Shown in pieces: positions 1 through 10,772 of a stretch of 64,000 nucleotides of DNA (position 1 is the stretch's first letter; every line of letters begins with the position of its first letter). This DNA is from Squalus acanthias (lineage: Eukaryota). The notes beneath the pieces were generated by a model. The model saw nothing but the letters and a program-made list of their open reading frames with translations. It was not told the DNA's origin and ran no database searches. The stretch is taken from contig JASTWF010000350.1 in assembly GCA_030390025.1 (NCBI GenBank), positions 434,001 to 498,000 on the forward strand. The letters are read 5' to 3'. A program made the position numbers and the translations under genes.

Positions 1-765
1 TTTATGCAATCTGTCCTCATAATTCAATCCTTTATGCCCAGTGAATTAGTGTTCAAGGCCAATATACTCTTCCTGAGGTTCGGTGCTCAAAACTAAATGC
101 AGTACTCCATGAGGTCTGACTAATGTTCTGTACAAATGAAGCATAACTTTCTCCCCTTTGTATTCCTACCCTCCTGAGATGAAGGCCAACATTGCATTAG
201 CCTTTTTGATTACTTTTTGGACCTGTCCGCTAGCTTTTAGTGATTGGTGTACATGGACACCCAAATCTCTTTGCTTGTTCACAGATCCTAGTCTCTGGCT
301 GGTTAGAAAATATTCCAATTTGTCTTTCTTGGAGTCAAAGTGGATGACCTCACACTTCCCCACGTTGAACTCCATCTGCCATAGTTTTGCCCTCTCATGT
401 CCCTTTGTAACTTTCAAGCTCCCATCTGAACAACTTACCTAACTTAGGGTCATCAGCAAACTTGGAGATACAACTCTCTATTCCTTCCTCCAAGTCATTG
501 ATAAATATGGTGAAAAGCTGAGATCCCAGTACAGATCCCTGGAGAATACCACTAATCACATCCCTCCAATCAGAGTACATTCCCTTTATCCTTATCCTCG
601 TTTCCAACCTTCCAACCAATTTTCAGCCCATATCCTCAGGTTACCTCCAGTTCCATGCACTTTTATTTTTGCTAATAATCTCTTGTGAGGAAACTTATCG
701 AATGCCTTCTGGAAGTCCTTCTAGACAACATCCATCAGCACTCCCCTCGCCATCATGTTAGTGAC
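1..765 (-). mobile_element. CR1 LINE ORF2 (RT) fragment, degenerate
   Basis: Minus-strand peptides QGSVLGSQLFTIFINDL..SKFADD and WQMEFNVGKCEVIHF..QRDLGV are typical of CR1 RT; broken by frameshifts. Confidence 0.9.
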
Positions 766-839
766 CTCAACAAATTGCCGAGGCTGCAGAAGAGGAGTGG
801 AAGAACCCATGGCCCAAAGTCTTCACTTTCCCTGTTTGA

Positions 840-1210
840 ATGCAGGCTGCTTCCTGTTTGACAATTTTCTCCCCTCTTCCCTTCTGGAACACACTGACTG
901 GGGGACAGATTTGTGGATGCCAGCTGCCTTTCAGTACCTCTCCCAGGTGCACGTTCTTCGCGTGAGTCTAGACAGTGACAACTAACTGTCTATTCAACGT
1001 CAAGGGGCATCACAGCTGAGCCAGATTCAGTTGTCACACCCAGCGGTCATTGGACAACCATCAGCAGGTGGAACCTTGGATGAGTTTCCTTCCTCCAGCT
1101 GAGGGGCTGAGGTCAGTTATAAGGTCCCGACTTCTGTCCCAGTTGAGATCAGCTAACTTAGCAGGACCAGGACCGTCTGGACTCTACGGCTTATTTACAC
1201 AAATCAGCCA
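840..1210 (-). mobile_element. Probable degenerate tRNA-derived SINE
   Basis: gagatcagctaactta..cagg near 1145-1170 is the reverse complement of a SINE-head-like segment also seen near 38527-38630; family not identified. Confidence 0.4.
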
Positions 1211-1319
1211 TGGGGGAGCTCAAAAATCATCCTCCTTTAAACTGAGGAAATTTAAAGTGATAGCCCACATTTTTCTGTAATTAACTCTCTTGTATTTATC
1301 GCCTGATTTCTAAAGGCCA

Positions 1320-1785
1320 GAATGATACCGGGGCTAAAAGGGTTAAATTATGAGGACAGGTTGCATAGACGAGGTTTGTGCTCCCTTGAGTTTAGAAGAT
1401 TAAGGGGTGATCTAATCGAGGTGTTTAAGATGATTAAAGGATTTGATAGGGTAGATAGAGAAAAACTATTTCCTCTGGTAGGAGTGTCCAGAACAAGGGG
1501 GTGTAATCTTAAAATTAGTGCTAGACCGTTCAGGGGTGATGTCAGGAAGCACTTCTTCACACAAAGGGCAGTGGAAATCTGGAACTCTCTCCCCCAAAAA
1601 GCTGTTGAGGCTGGGGTCAATTGAGAATTTAAAAACTAAGATTGATAGGTTTTTGTTAGGTAAGGGTATTAAGGGCTACAGAAGCAAGGTGGGTAAATGG
1701 AGTTAAGACACAGATCAGCCGTGATCTGATTGAATGGCAGAACAGCATCGACAGGCTGAATGCCTACGACTGTTATTCTATGTTC
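1320..1785 (+). mobile_element. CR1 LINE 3' end fragment
   Basis: MIPGLKGLNYEDRL..RRLRGDLIEVFK..FFTQRAVEIWNSLP followed by a CR1-type 3' UTR. Confidence 0.9.
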
Positions 1786-2149
1786 CAGCAACAGCAATAC
1801 CTCAACCTCTTCAGTTTCACTTCCAGATTTGGTAAATTACAGTAAAAGTCTATTCATTGGCGGGGTGGGATTCTCAGACGTTAGCAGTCAGTTTCTTCCT
1901 CAAATCACGCATTTCACAATGACTTGAACCCATTCTACATTTCACATCCCCGCAGCACGAGGAATAGCAAACCTACCAGCTGATACTGAGTGCTGTACTA
2001 TTTGAGTATCCAGGACTGTTCCAATTCAGACCCCCTCCCCCAGCTCTCCTTTCTCGGGCTCACAGCACAATGTAGTTTCCATAGCTACGGCTGTGACTCC
2101 TGTGATCTGAAACCTGTACTTTCATGTGTGTTGTGGATTATCCTTTTAG

Positions 2150-2580
2150 ATTCATACAGCACAGAAGGAGGCCTTTTTTTATTCATTCACGGGATGTGGG
2201 CATCTAACCGGCAAGGCCAGCGTTTATTGCCCATCCCTGATTGCCCTTGAGAAGGTAGCGGTGAGCCGTCTTCTTGATCTGCTGCAGTCCGTGTGGTGAA
2301 GGTACTCCAGCGTGCCTGGGAAACAGCTATCCAACTAGTCCCACTCACCTGCTCTTTCCCTAAAGCCCAGCACATTTCTCTTCTTCAAGTATTTATCCAA
2401 TTCCCTTTTAAAAGGTACTATTGAATCTGCTTACACGACCCTTTCAGGCAGTGCATTCCAGAGCTACACTATCGTGATTTTGAACACCAAGAATAAATCT
2501 TCCCTTAACCTTCTCTGCTCTAAGGAGAACAAGCCCAGCATTTCCATTCTATTCAAGTAACTGAAGTCCCTCATCCTTTT
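2150..2580 (-). mobile_element. Mixed CR1-like 3' fragments
   Basis: Resembles the reverse complement of other CR1 3' ends in the window (catacagcacagaaggaggcc; cagtgcattccag; ttctctgctctaaggagaacaa). Confidence 0.6.
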
Positions 2581-2831
2581 TGCCAGGATATCTCACCCCA
2601 ACGTAACATGGATTGCCCATCATACACTTGTGTCCCCTATTGGCCTGCATTGCTCAGGCTAAAACCAGTGATACTATTTATTGAAAAGATTTATATTTAT
2701 ACAGAAGGAAAAGAAATACAGCAGTATAATCAGCAGTGCTTAATTGATACAATACTTAAAATTAGGCCTCATTTCCAGGAAGTGAGTGAGCTACACTGCT
2801 GGCAGCAGCCTTTGGTTAAGTAGGCCAACCA

Positions 2832-3945
2832 GGGGTGGGGGGGGGGATCGGTACCCGGGGAGGGGGGGGGGATCAGTACCCGGGGGGCGGGGGGATCAGT
2901 ACCCGGGGGGGGGGGGATCTGTACGCGGGGGNNNNNNNNNNNNNNNNNNNNNNNNNNNNNNNNNNNNNNNNNNNNNNNNNNNNNNNNNNNNNNNNNNNNN
3001 NNNNNNNNNNNNNNNNNNNNNNNNNNNNNNNNNNNNNNNNNNNNNNNNNNNNNNNNNNNNNNNNNNNNNNNNNNNNNNNNNNNNNNNNNNNNNNNNNNNN
3101 NNNNNNNNNNNNNNNNNNNNNNNNNNNNNNNGGGGGGGGGGGGGTGGGGGGAATCGGTAGCCGGGGGAGGATTGGTAGACAGGAGGGAGGATCGTTAGCC
3201 TGGGGAATCAGTTGCTGGGGGGAATTAGTTGCCTTGGTGGATTGGTAGCTGGAGGGGCCGATCGGTAGTCGGAGGGGAGATTGGTTTTTGGGGCGGCATG
3301 ATCGGTTGCCGGGGGATCAGTTGCCGGTGGGGTGATTGGTTGCCTGGGGCGGAACAAGTTCCCGTGGGGGGATCAGTTGCCAGGGGGATGATCAGTTGCT
3401 GGGGGAGTGAAATCGGTTGCCGCGGGGGAATCGGTTGCCGGGGGATGAGGCTTGGTAGCTGGGTTGGGGATCGGTAGCCAGGGGGGTGGTGATCGGTTGC
3501 CGGGGGACCTGTTGCCGTTGGGGGGGGGTTGATCAGTTGGCAGGGGTATTGCTTGCTGGGAGGGTGATCTGTTACCGGGGATATTGGTTGCCGGGGGGAA
3601 TTGGTTGCCAGGATAGAGGACTCAGTTGCCGGGGGGATAGGTTGCCGGGGGTGGGGGGCGGGGGGGTGTCAGGGATTGGTAGCCTGGGGAGGGAAGCGGT
3701 AGACGAGGATGAATCGGTTTTCAGGCGGCGTGATCGGTTGCCGGGGTGGGGGGAAATCAGTTGCCAGGGGGGACCGGTTGCCGTGGGGTGTGGTCGGTTG
3801 CCGGGGGGATCGTTTGCCATGGGGGGAGGAATCGCTGCCGGCGGAGGGGAGGGGGGGCGTGGGGTTACGGTATCCGGGTGGGAGATCAATAGCTGAGAGG
3901 AGGGATAGGTAACCGGGGGTAATTAGTGGCCGGAGTGGGGGAGGC
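2832..3945. repeat. G-rich low-complexity degenerate repeat (gatcggttgccgggggg-like units) spanning the gap
   Basis: Many G-runs separated by atcggttgcc/atcagttgc variants. Confidence 0.85.
2932..3131. other. Assembly gap (200 N)
   Basis: Run of N flanked by poly-G tracts. Confidence 1.
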
Positions 3946-5099
3946 CTGCGTTCTTTTGATGTGAGATTGTGGGGAGCTAAGTATATTTTAAAAACTTGCC
4001 TTGTTGTTTGCGGCCTGCAGCGGTCCTTTTCCAGATCCGCTGTGAGGCCACGTGTAGACGTGGTTGTCCTGAATGCGGCCGGCAATCCATTGTCGTAGCG
4101 GGGGCCTCAAACAGGTGTTAGGCCCTTCATTTACATATGTAAACCAGAGCTGACTAGATTGAGGATACAATTAGCTCTATTAATAGAGAAGGCCTGCCTC
4201 GCCCTGAACCTAACAACTATCCTCAGACAGTATTTGTGTATTTGTTTCACTTCTCTTCCTCACAAAGACCAAATAATTTTTTTTCAGGGTGCATCAGACC
4301 AGGCGCCAACCACCAGACACAACAAGCAGCACATCGTTGTCAGATCTGGAGACTGTACAAATCAGGGGGCGTTCACAGAGTTTCATTTTAAGTTCACAAT
4401 ATGTTGGCTTGTCTAAAACTTCTTTGAAATAAGATCTAACAGAGTGATCAGAATTTTGAAGATAACACCGTCTCCTGAGTATCATTCTCTGTTCCCCCAG
4501 TGCTACCAAATCCCAGGACATCCCCCAAATCCCAGGACCTTCCTCCAAGTGTTACGGAACCTGATCCCTCTCCCTTGTACTGCCAGATTCCAGCTTTCTA
4601 ACCTCAATTGGTCCATTGTGCACAGCATTTTGCTGTGTATTCTCTGCGTGAAGGGTAAGGAATATATACACATAGGAATTGCTAGATGGAAAAAGACTAA
4701 GGTCCATCTAGTTTAGTTTAATTTACCTTTATAACGTGTTGAAATCCCCCTCCCCATCCACCCTCAAATCCCACTACATAGCAAGAGACACGAGTTTATT
4801 TCAGTCATTCATTATTGCTGAGTTCGTTAGTCTCTTCTTGAAGGATTTGTTTTTTTGCCAAGTTCAGTACTCAAGTCTATTGAAATTATTTCACCTGGTT
4901 CTTCTTAATTCATGAAGCCCATTTTCATTTTTATTTTTATTAATTTATTGTTCAAATTAATTTAAAATCCCATTCTTCGCAAGAAGGACAGAGGCTCGAG
5001 GTGATTTAATTGGACGCCCTGCCCGCCGAGATCAATCAGACCCACTCCCAGCAAGAAGGCTGCCTTTAATTCATTGATTTCACTTCAGGTTCAGTAAAG

Positions 5100-5710
5100 G
5101 GGGCACTTCCTTTGCCTGTCATTTTAATTCACCGCTCCACGCCCACTCAGACCTCACCGTCCTTGACCTCTTGCATTGTTCCACGGAAGCTTAGCGTAAG
5201 CTCGAGGAACAGCACCTCATCTTTCGATTAGGCACTTTACAGCCTTCCGGACTCAATATCGAGTTCAACAATTTCAGATCATAACCTCGGCCCCTACCAT
5301 ATATATATATATATTTTTTTATCCACACTTTTGATTTGCGCCTTCCCCCTTTTTTTTCTCTCTCCCACATGGCAGCTGTCTTTCATCCTGCCAGCGCATT
5401 TCACACTTCTAGAGCCATCCTTTGTTTCTTAACCTGTCTATCACCATCTCGTCTCGCCTTGAATATCTCTTAATGTCTCTACGTCTCACAGACCTTCCCT
5501 TTTGTTCTTTTATTCCCTCCCCCAGCCTCCCCCTTGCTTTTTCATCTGTTTCATTTCCTGCTTTTTTCTCAGTTCTGACGAAAGGTCTTCGACCTGAAAC
5601 GTTAACTCTGTTTCTCTCTCCACGGATGCTGCCTGGCCTGCTGAGTTTTTCCAGCGCTTTCTGTTGTTATTTCAGTTTTCCAGCATCCGCAGTATTTTGA
5701 TATTGTATCC
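5100..5710 (+). mobile_element. Penelope-like element 3' fragment (end of GIY-YIG ORF plus pLTR)
   Basis: Near-copy of 6790-7345 (RKLEEQHLIFRLGTLQPSGLNIEFNNFR plus downstream pLTR). Confidence 0.85.
5571..5607 (+). ncRNA. Minimal hammerhead ribozyme motif in a Penelope pLTR
   Basis: AGTT-CTGACGA-A-AGGTC/TTC/GACCT-GAAA-CGTT-AACT: CUGANGA and GAAA cores, 5-bp stem II, palindromic ACGT stem III, 4-bp stem I. Confidence 0.7.
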
Positions 5711-5870
5711 TTTGCCAGAAACCTGTGTTTATTTAAATTAATTATTACCCACCCTTTACTAAATTAATTCATTGCTGTGTAGATCGAATTCCTCCTCTTT
5801 TATTAATTATTTTGTTGGAAGCCTGCGTTTATTTAATAAATTGACTTTTGCCAGACTACATTAATTGACT

Positions 5871-7348
5871 AATACAAAAGCAAAATGCTGCGGATGCTGG
5901 AAATCTGAAATAAGAACAGAAAATGCTGGAAATACTCAGCAGGTCAGGTAGCATCTGTAGAGAGAGAAACAGAGAGAAACGTTAACTTGCTTCCAATTTC
6001 CACCCTTCCCTCACCTCTCACCTTCACATGGTCCATCTCCGACTCTTCCCTTCCTCGACTTCTCTGTCTCCATCTTTGGGGATAGGCTATTGACAAACAT
6101 ACACTACAAGCCCACTGACTCCCACAGCTACCTGGACTACACTTCCTCCCACCCCGCTTCCTGTAAGGACTCTATTCCATTCTCCCAGTTTCTCTGTCTC
6201 CGCCGCATCTGCTCTGATGATGCCACTTTCCATACCAGTGCTTCCGACATGTCTTCCTTTTTCCTCAACCGAGGATTCCCCTCTACTGTGGTTGACATGG
6301 CCCTTGACCGTGTCCGTTCTATTTCCCGCACTTCTGCTCTCACCCCTTCCCCTCCCTCCCGGAGCCACGATAGGGTTCCCCTTGTCCTCACCTTTCACCC
6401 CACCAGCCTCCACATTCAACGGATCATCCTCCGCCATTTCCGCCACCTCCAGCGTGATCCCAAACACATCTTCCCCTCACCTCCCACTTCCCATTGTCCC
6501 TCCACGACACCCTGGTCCACTCCTCTATCACCCCCAACACCCCTTCCCCTTCCCGTGCAAGCGCAGGAGATGCAACATATGCCCTTTTACCTCCACCCTT
6601 CCCACTGTCCAGGGCCCCAAACACTCCTTCCAGGTGAAACAGCGATTTACTTGTACTTTTTGCAATTTAGTATACTGTATTCGCTGCTCACGATGCGGTC
6701 TCCTCTGCATTGGGGAGACCAAATGCAGATTGGGTGACCGCTTTGCGGAACACCTCCGTTCAGTCCATAAGGGTGACCCCGAGCTTCCAGTCGCCTGTCA
6801 CTTTAATTCTCCGCTCCACTCCCACTCAGACCTCACCGTCCTCGGCCTCTTACTCTGTTCCAATGAAGCTCAACGTAAGCTCGAGGAACAGCACCTCATC
6901 TTTCGATTAGGCACTTTACAGCCTTCTGGACTCAACATCGAGTTCAACAATTTCAGACCATAACCTCTGCCCCTATCTTTTTTTCCATTTTTTCCCCTCT
7001 CTCTCTCACATGGCAGCTGTCTTTCATTCTGCCATCGCCATTCACACTTCATCTAGAGCCATCTTTTGTTTCTTAACTTGACCCATTACCATCTCCGTTT
7101 GCCTTGCACCATCATCCCTTTAGTCTCTTAATCTCTCCTGCCTTCCATCCTATCACAGACCTTCCCTCCTGTCCTTTCCACCCCTCCCCCCTTTCCCTGC
7201 CCCTACACTTGCTTAAAAACCTGTTCCAGCTCCAACTTTTTCTAGTTCTGACGAAGGGTCATCGACCTGAAATGTTAACTCTGTTTCTCTCTCCACAGAT
7301 GCTGCCTGACCTGCTGAATATTTCTAGCATTTTCTGTTTTCATTTTAT
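5871..7348 (+). mobile_element. 5'-truncated Penelope-like retroelement (RT C-terminus plus GIY-YIG endonuclease) with an inverted pLTR piece at 5871-5985
   Basis: Peptides YKPTDSHSYLDYTSSHP..SIPFSQFLCLRRICS and CKRRRCNICPF..NLVYCIRCSRCGLLCIGETKCRLGDRFAEH..LGTLQPSGLN; 5880-5975 is the reverse complement of the pLTR end. Confidence 0.9.
7244..7280 (+). ncRNA. Minimal hammerhead ribozyme motif (second copy)
   Basis: agttCTGACGAagggtcatcgacctGAAAtgttaact; the stem III palindrome is mutated (ATGT). Confidence 0.6.
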
Positions 7349-7559
7349 ATTAATTGACTGCTGGTTGTACCTGATTTCCCCACTCGATTGCTCCTTCTCC
7401 AAAGCCTCTACCAGGGTGCGTTGAAGAAGCAGCCCGTGCTCTATATATAATTGGGGCTTTAGTGCAGTGGAATTCCATGCTGGGCTCAGAGAGAGCATTC
7501 TTTCCAGGGAATTGTGCAGTGCTCATGTTGTAACTGCTGTGGAGCAGATCAGGTGAATA

Positions 7560-7686
7560 CTGCAAAATACTGCGGATGCTGGAAATCTGATGAAAGGTTG
7601 TCGACCTGAAACATTAACTCTGTTTCTCTCTTTACAGATACTGCCTGACCTGCTGAGTGTTTCCAGCGTTGATTGTTTTTATTTCA
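7560..7686. mobile_element. Short Penelope pLTR remnant with an inverted junction and hammerhead core at 7587-7619
   Basis: Inverted tail (aaaatactgcggatgctggaaat) fused to CTGATGAaaggttgtcgacctGAAAcattaact. Confidence 0.7.
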
Positions 7687-8675
7687 ATCACTACGTATTA
7701 GTGGATCCATAACAGAACAGCAGGTTCCTCCTCCTTGAGGTTCCTCCTCCTCCATCCCCTCAGTGTTGGGGATTCTGCCCTTCCTGCTCCTTCTAATCAA
7801 TGCCTTTGAGATAACTTTGTTGCGATCAGCTTCATGCTGACTGGATTGTCCAAGTGAGTGGTCAATGATCACAGATCCATTTCCTTTGCTAATGGTCGCC
7901 CATTCACTGTGTACACATTCCATGCCTCAATGTGCATCACCTCCTATTGATCCTCATTCAAATCCATGTGCCAGTCCTTTGGGTGCGAGCAATCTCCTTA
8001 CATTGGGCACCTGGCCCCCATGATTCGTGGATGGAAACTGTCCCTAGATTGTCAGAATGCAGAATGTTTATTTAATTATCAGAAGATAAATTCTAATGTC
8101 TGTGACGAGCTGGTCAGTGTGTGTGAGAGATGATGGGGGGAATTTTAACCTGGAGGAGTGCGCAGGTGGGGGGTGAAAACCCGGAAAAATGTCAGCCGGC
8201 TCCAACCCGCTGACTTCCACGTTTAACTGGAACGCGTTTGGCTGCTTGCGCACAACCCCCTCATGAGAGACGGGTTGCCTATTAACATATGCTAATCGCT
8301 CAATTGGAGCGAGATTTCAACTCACTTTCAAATTTAATGGTGCAGCCATGGGTTTTCTGGGCTTCCTGAAACTCGCCAGTGAAAGCAAGGCGAGAGCAAA
8401 ACGACAGTTGAGGGGGCTGAATCAAACTCATGGAAATACTACAATAAATACTCAGTACTCACAGCTGCTTTCTTACCTACTAGTGGGAAAGAGTTTGTCC
8501 ACAGTACTTATGTTAAGAGATTACTTTCTACACTTTGGAGGTTTTCTGAATCACATTAGGATGGGTGGCGGCTTGGCTGCCTCAGATTGGACCTTGGACG
8601 AGGAGTAATATGACCAGCACTAGCACCATTAGCAGCAGTAGCAGCCTGCTCTTGAGAGACCTGTAGCTGGACATC

Positions 8676-8980
8676 AGAGAGGGGACCAGCAGAGAGAGGA
8701 CCAGCAGAGAGGGACCAGCAGAGAGAGGACCAGCAGAGAGAGGACCAGCTGAGAGAGGACCAGCAGAGCAGGACCAGCAGAGAGGGGACCAGCAGAGAGG
8801 GGACCAGCAGAGAGGGGACCAGCAGAGATAGGACCAGCAGAGAGGGGACCAGCAGAGAGGGGATCAGCAGAGAGGGGATCAGCAGAGAGGGGATCAGCAG
8901 AGAGAGGACCAGCAGAGCAGGACCAGCAGAGAGAGGACCAGCAGAGAGGGGACCAGCAGAGAGGGGAGCAGCAGAGAGGT
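8676..8980 (+). repeat. Minisatellite of (g)gaccagcagagag(a/g)g units inside the transposase 5' region
   Basis: Direct tandem copies visible. Confidence 0.9.
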
Positions 8981-9879
8981 GCAGCTCGCAGGAGGCACTA
9001 CCCGCGACACAGGGTGTACAGGCAGAGGCTGAGTTTCCTTGACATGTCTGAACAGCAGTGTTTCAAGAGGTTCAGGTTGTCGTGTCAGGTGGTGGCAGAC
9101 ATCTGCAGCCTGCGGGAAGACCTGCTCCCTGCTGGACCTGGTGGCCAAGCGTTACCAGTGGCTGACAAAGCCACCACCACCCTCAACATTTTTGCCTCTG
9201 GATCCTTCCAGGGCTCTGCTGGAGACAAATCCAGGATCTCCCAGTTGGCGGCCCACAATGCATAAGACAGGTGACCGATGGCTTGTTCGTCTTATGTGAA
9301 CTTCGCCCGTGATGACGCCAGTCAGAATGAGCCGGTGCTCGGCTTTGTGTCTCCGGCTGGCTTCCCACAGGTGCAGAGCATCATCGACTGCACACAAGTG
9401 GCAATCCGCTCACCCCCAGAGCAACCAGGAGTATTCGTCAACCACAAGGGCTTCCAGTCCATCAATGTGCAGCTGGTGTGCAACCACAAAAAGATATTTC
9501 TGCAGGTGTGGGCAAGATTCCCGGGGAGCTGCCATGATGCTTTCATCCTGCAGCAGTCCAAGCTCCCTAAAGTCTTCGGACCTGCAAGCACACTTATGTG
9601 GTGGATGCTAGAAGACAAGGGATACCCACTTCAAACTTGGCTGATGACACCCGTCAGAAACCCAAACAATGAAGCCCAACAGCGTTACAATGAATGCCAT
9701 ATAACCACCAGATCTGTGATTGAACAAGCCATTGGCATGCTGAAGATGTGCTTCAAGTGCTTAGACAGATCTGGAGACACCCTTCAGTAAGCACCAACCA
9801 GGGTGTCCAGAATGGTCGTGGTGTGCTGCGCTCTGCACAACATTGTGCAGCAGCGAGGTTTGGACCTGCAGGAGTCATA

Positions 9880-10772
9880 GGGGTAAAAATTCACTTGGTT
9901 GCACCACCCGTTAGCGCCTTAAGAGGGCGCTAATGGGGCGCAAAGCCGCTAACGCCCGGGCGCAGCGATGTTTGCGGCGCTCGAGAACTTAACTTGAGAT
10001 TGTGCGGCGGCGCTAAAACTTACCGCTGCGACCACCTGCGCGCGCAGATTGTGACGTCATTCCATGGTGCAACGCCCTTGGGGCGCCCCGTAGCGGAAAT
10101 TGAGTGGCACCCCCTGCCTTACCGCCTGGCGCTTCCAACGACCAGAAGACTGGAACGCTATCAATCGCTGTGGGGCTGGGGGGGGCGCTATTTAAAGGGG
10201 GCCTCTTCCTGTCTTTTATTGTTGGTGGCATTTTTGAACTACGCATTCTGAGAGAGAGAGGGAGAGACTTCTGGAGAGATTCAACGTTGTGTGAAGGAGT
10301 TTTGGGTACTGAGCAGCACTTTGCAGGTTCATTTTGATTTGCCATTCCTTGTATCGATTTAGCAGAGACCGTGGGAGCTGCACTCTGAGCTCTTTGCCTG
10401 GTGCTCTCCATTGTTCTTTCCAGCACATTTGATGTGCAAGTCTCTCCAGGCCGAGATTCAAGGCAGCAATGAACAGGATGTGGATGGAAAGCAAGATTAA
10501 CCATCCCCTTTAAGAACTGGCCCGTGCCATTGTGTGTGTGTTCCATTGCTGACTGACATTACATGAGCTTCGCCAGCGCTCCGAGTTAACGCCTCACTGC
10601 TCAGCCTTTGCGCCTTAAGAGAGGTGTGCAGCGCCTGATTTAGTGCTCCACTCACCTCCCGGGGCGGTAAAAGTGAAGTTTCCCATCAGTGCCGATAATT
10701 AGCGCCAGGCGCTAATATTTGCGTCCGGACGATATTTGCGCCCCAAATGGGGCGCGACCTAATTTCTACCCC
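9880..10772. mobile_element. 893-bp Harbinger-type MITE, TSD ATA
   Basis: TIRs ggggtaaaaatt / aatttctacccc (11 of 12 match), ATA at 9877-9879 and 10773-10775; inverted second copy at 34121-35013. Confidence 0.9.

Noticed and set aside
2786..3912. Gly-rich ORFs around the gap
   Set aside because: Low-complexity G-rich sequence and read-through across N bases.
9014..9790. Domesticated host HARBI1 gene
   Set aside because: Stops, frameshifts, nested insertions and a paired Myb/SANT gene indicate a dead transposon.
10013..10546. 177-aa ORF also found at 34347-34727 (MEHTHNGTG..)
   Set aside because: Similarity is explained by two copies of the same MITE; no recognisable domain, and the ORFs diverge outside the core.
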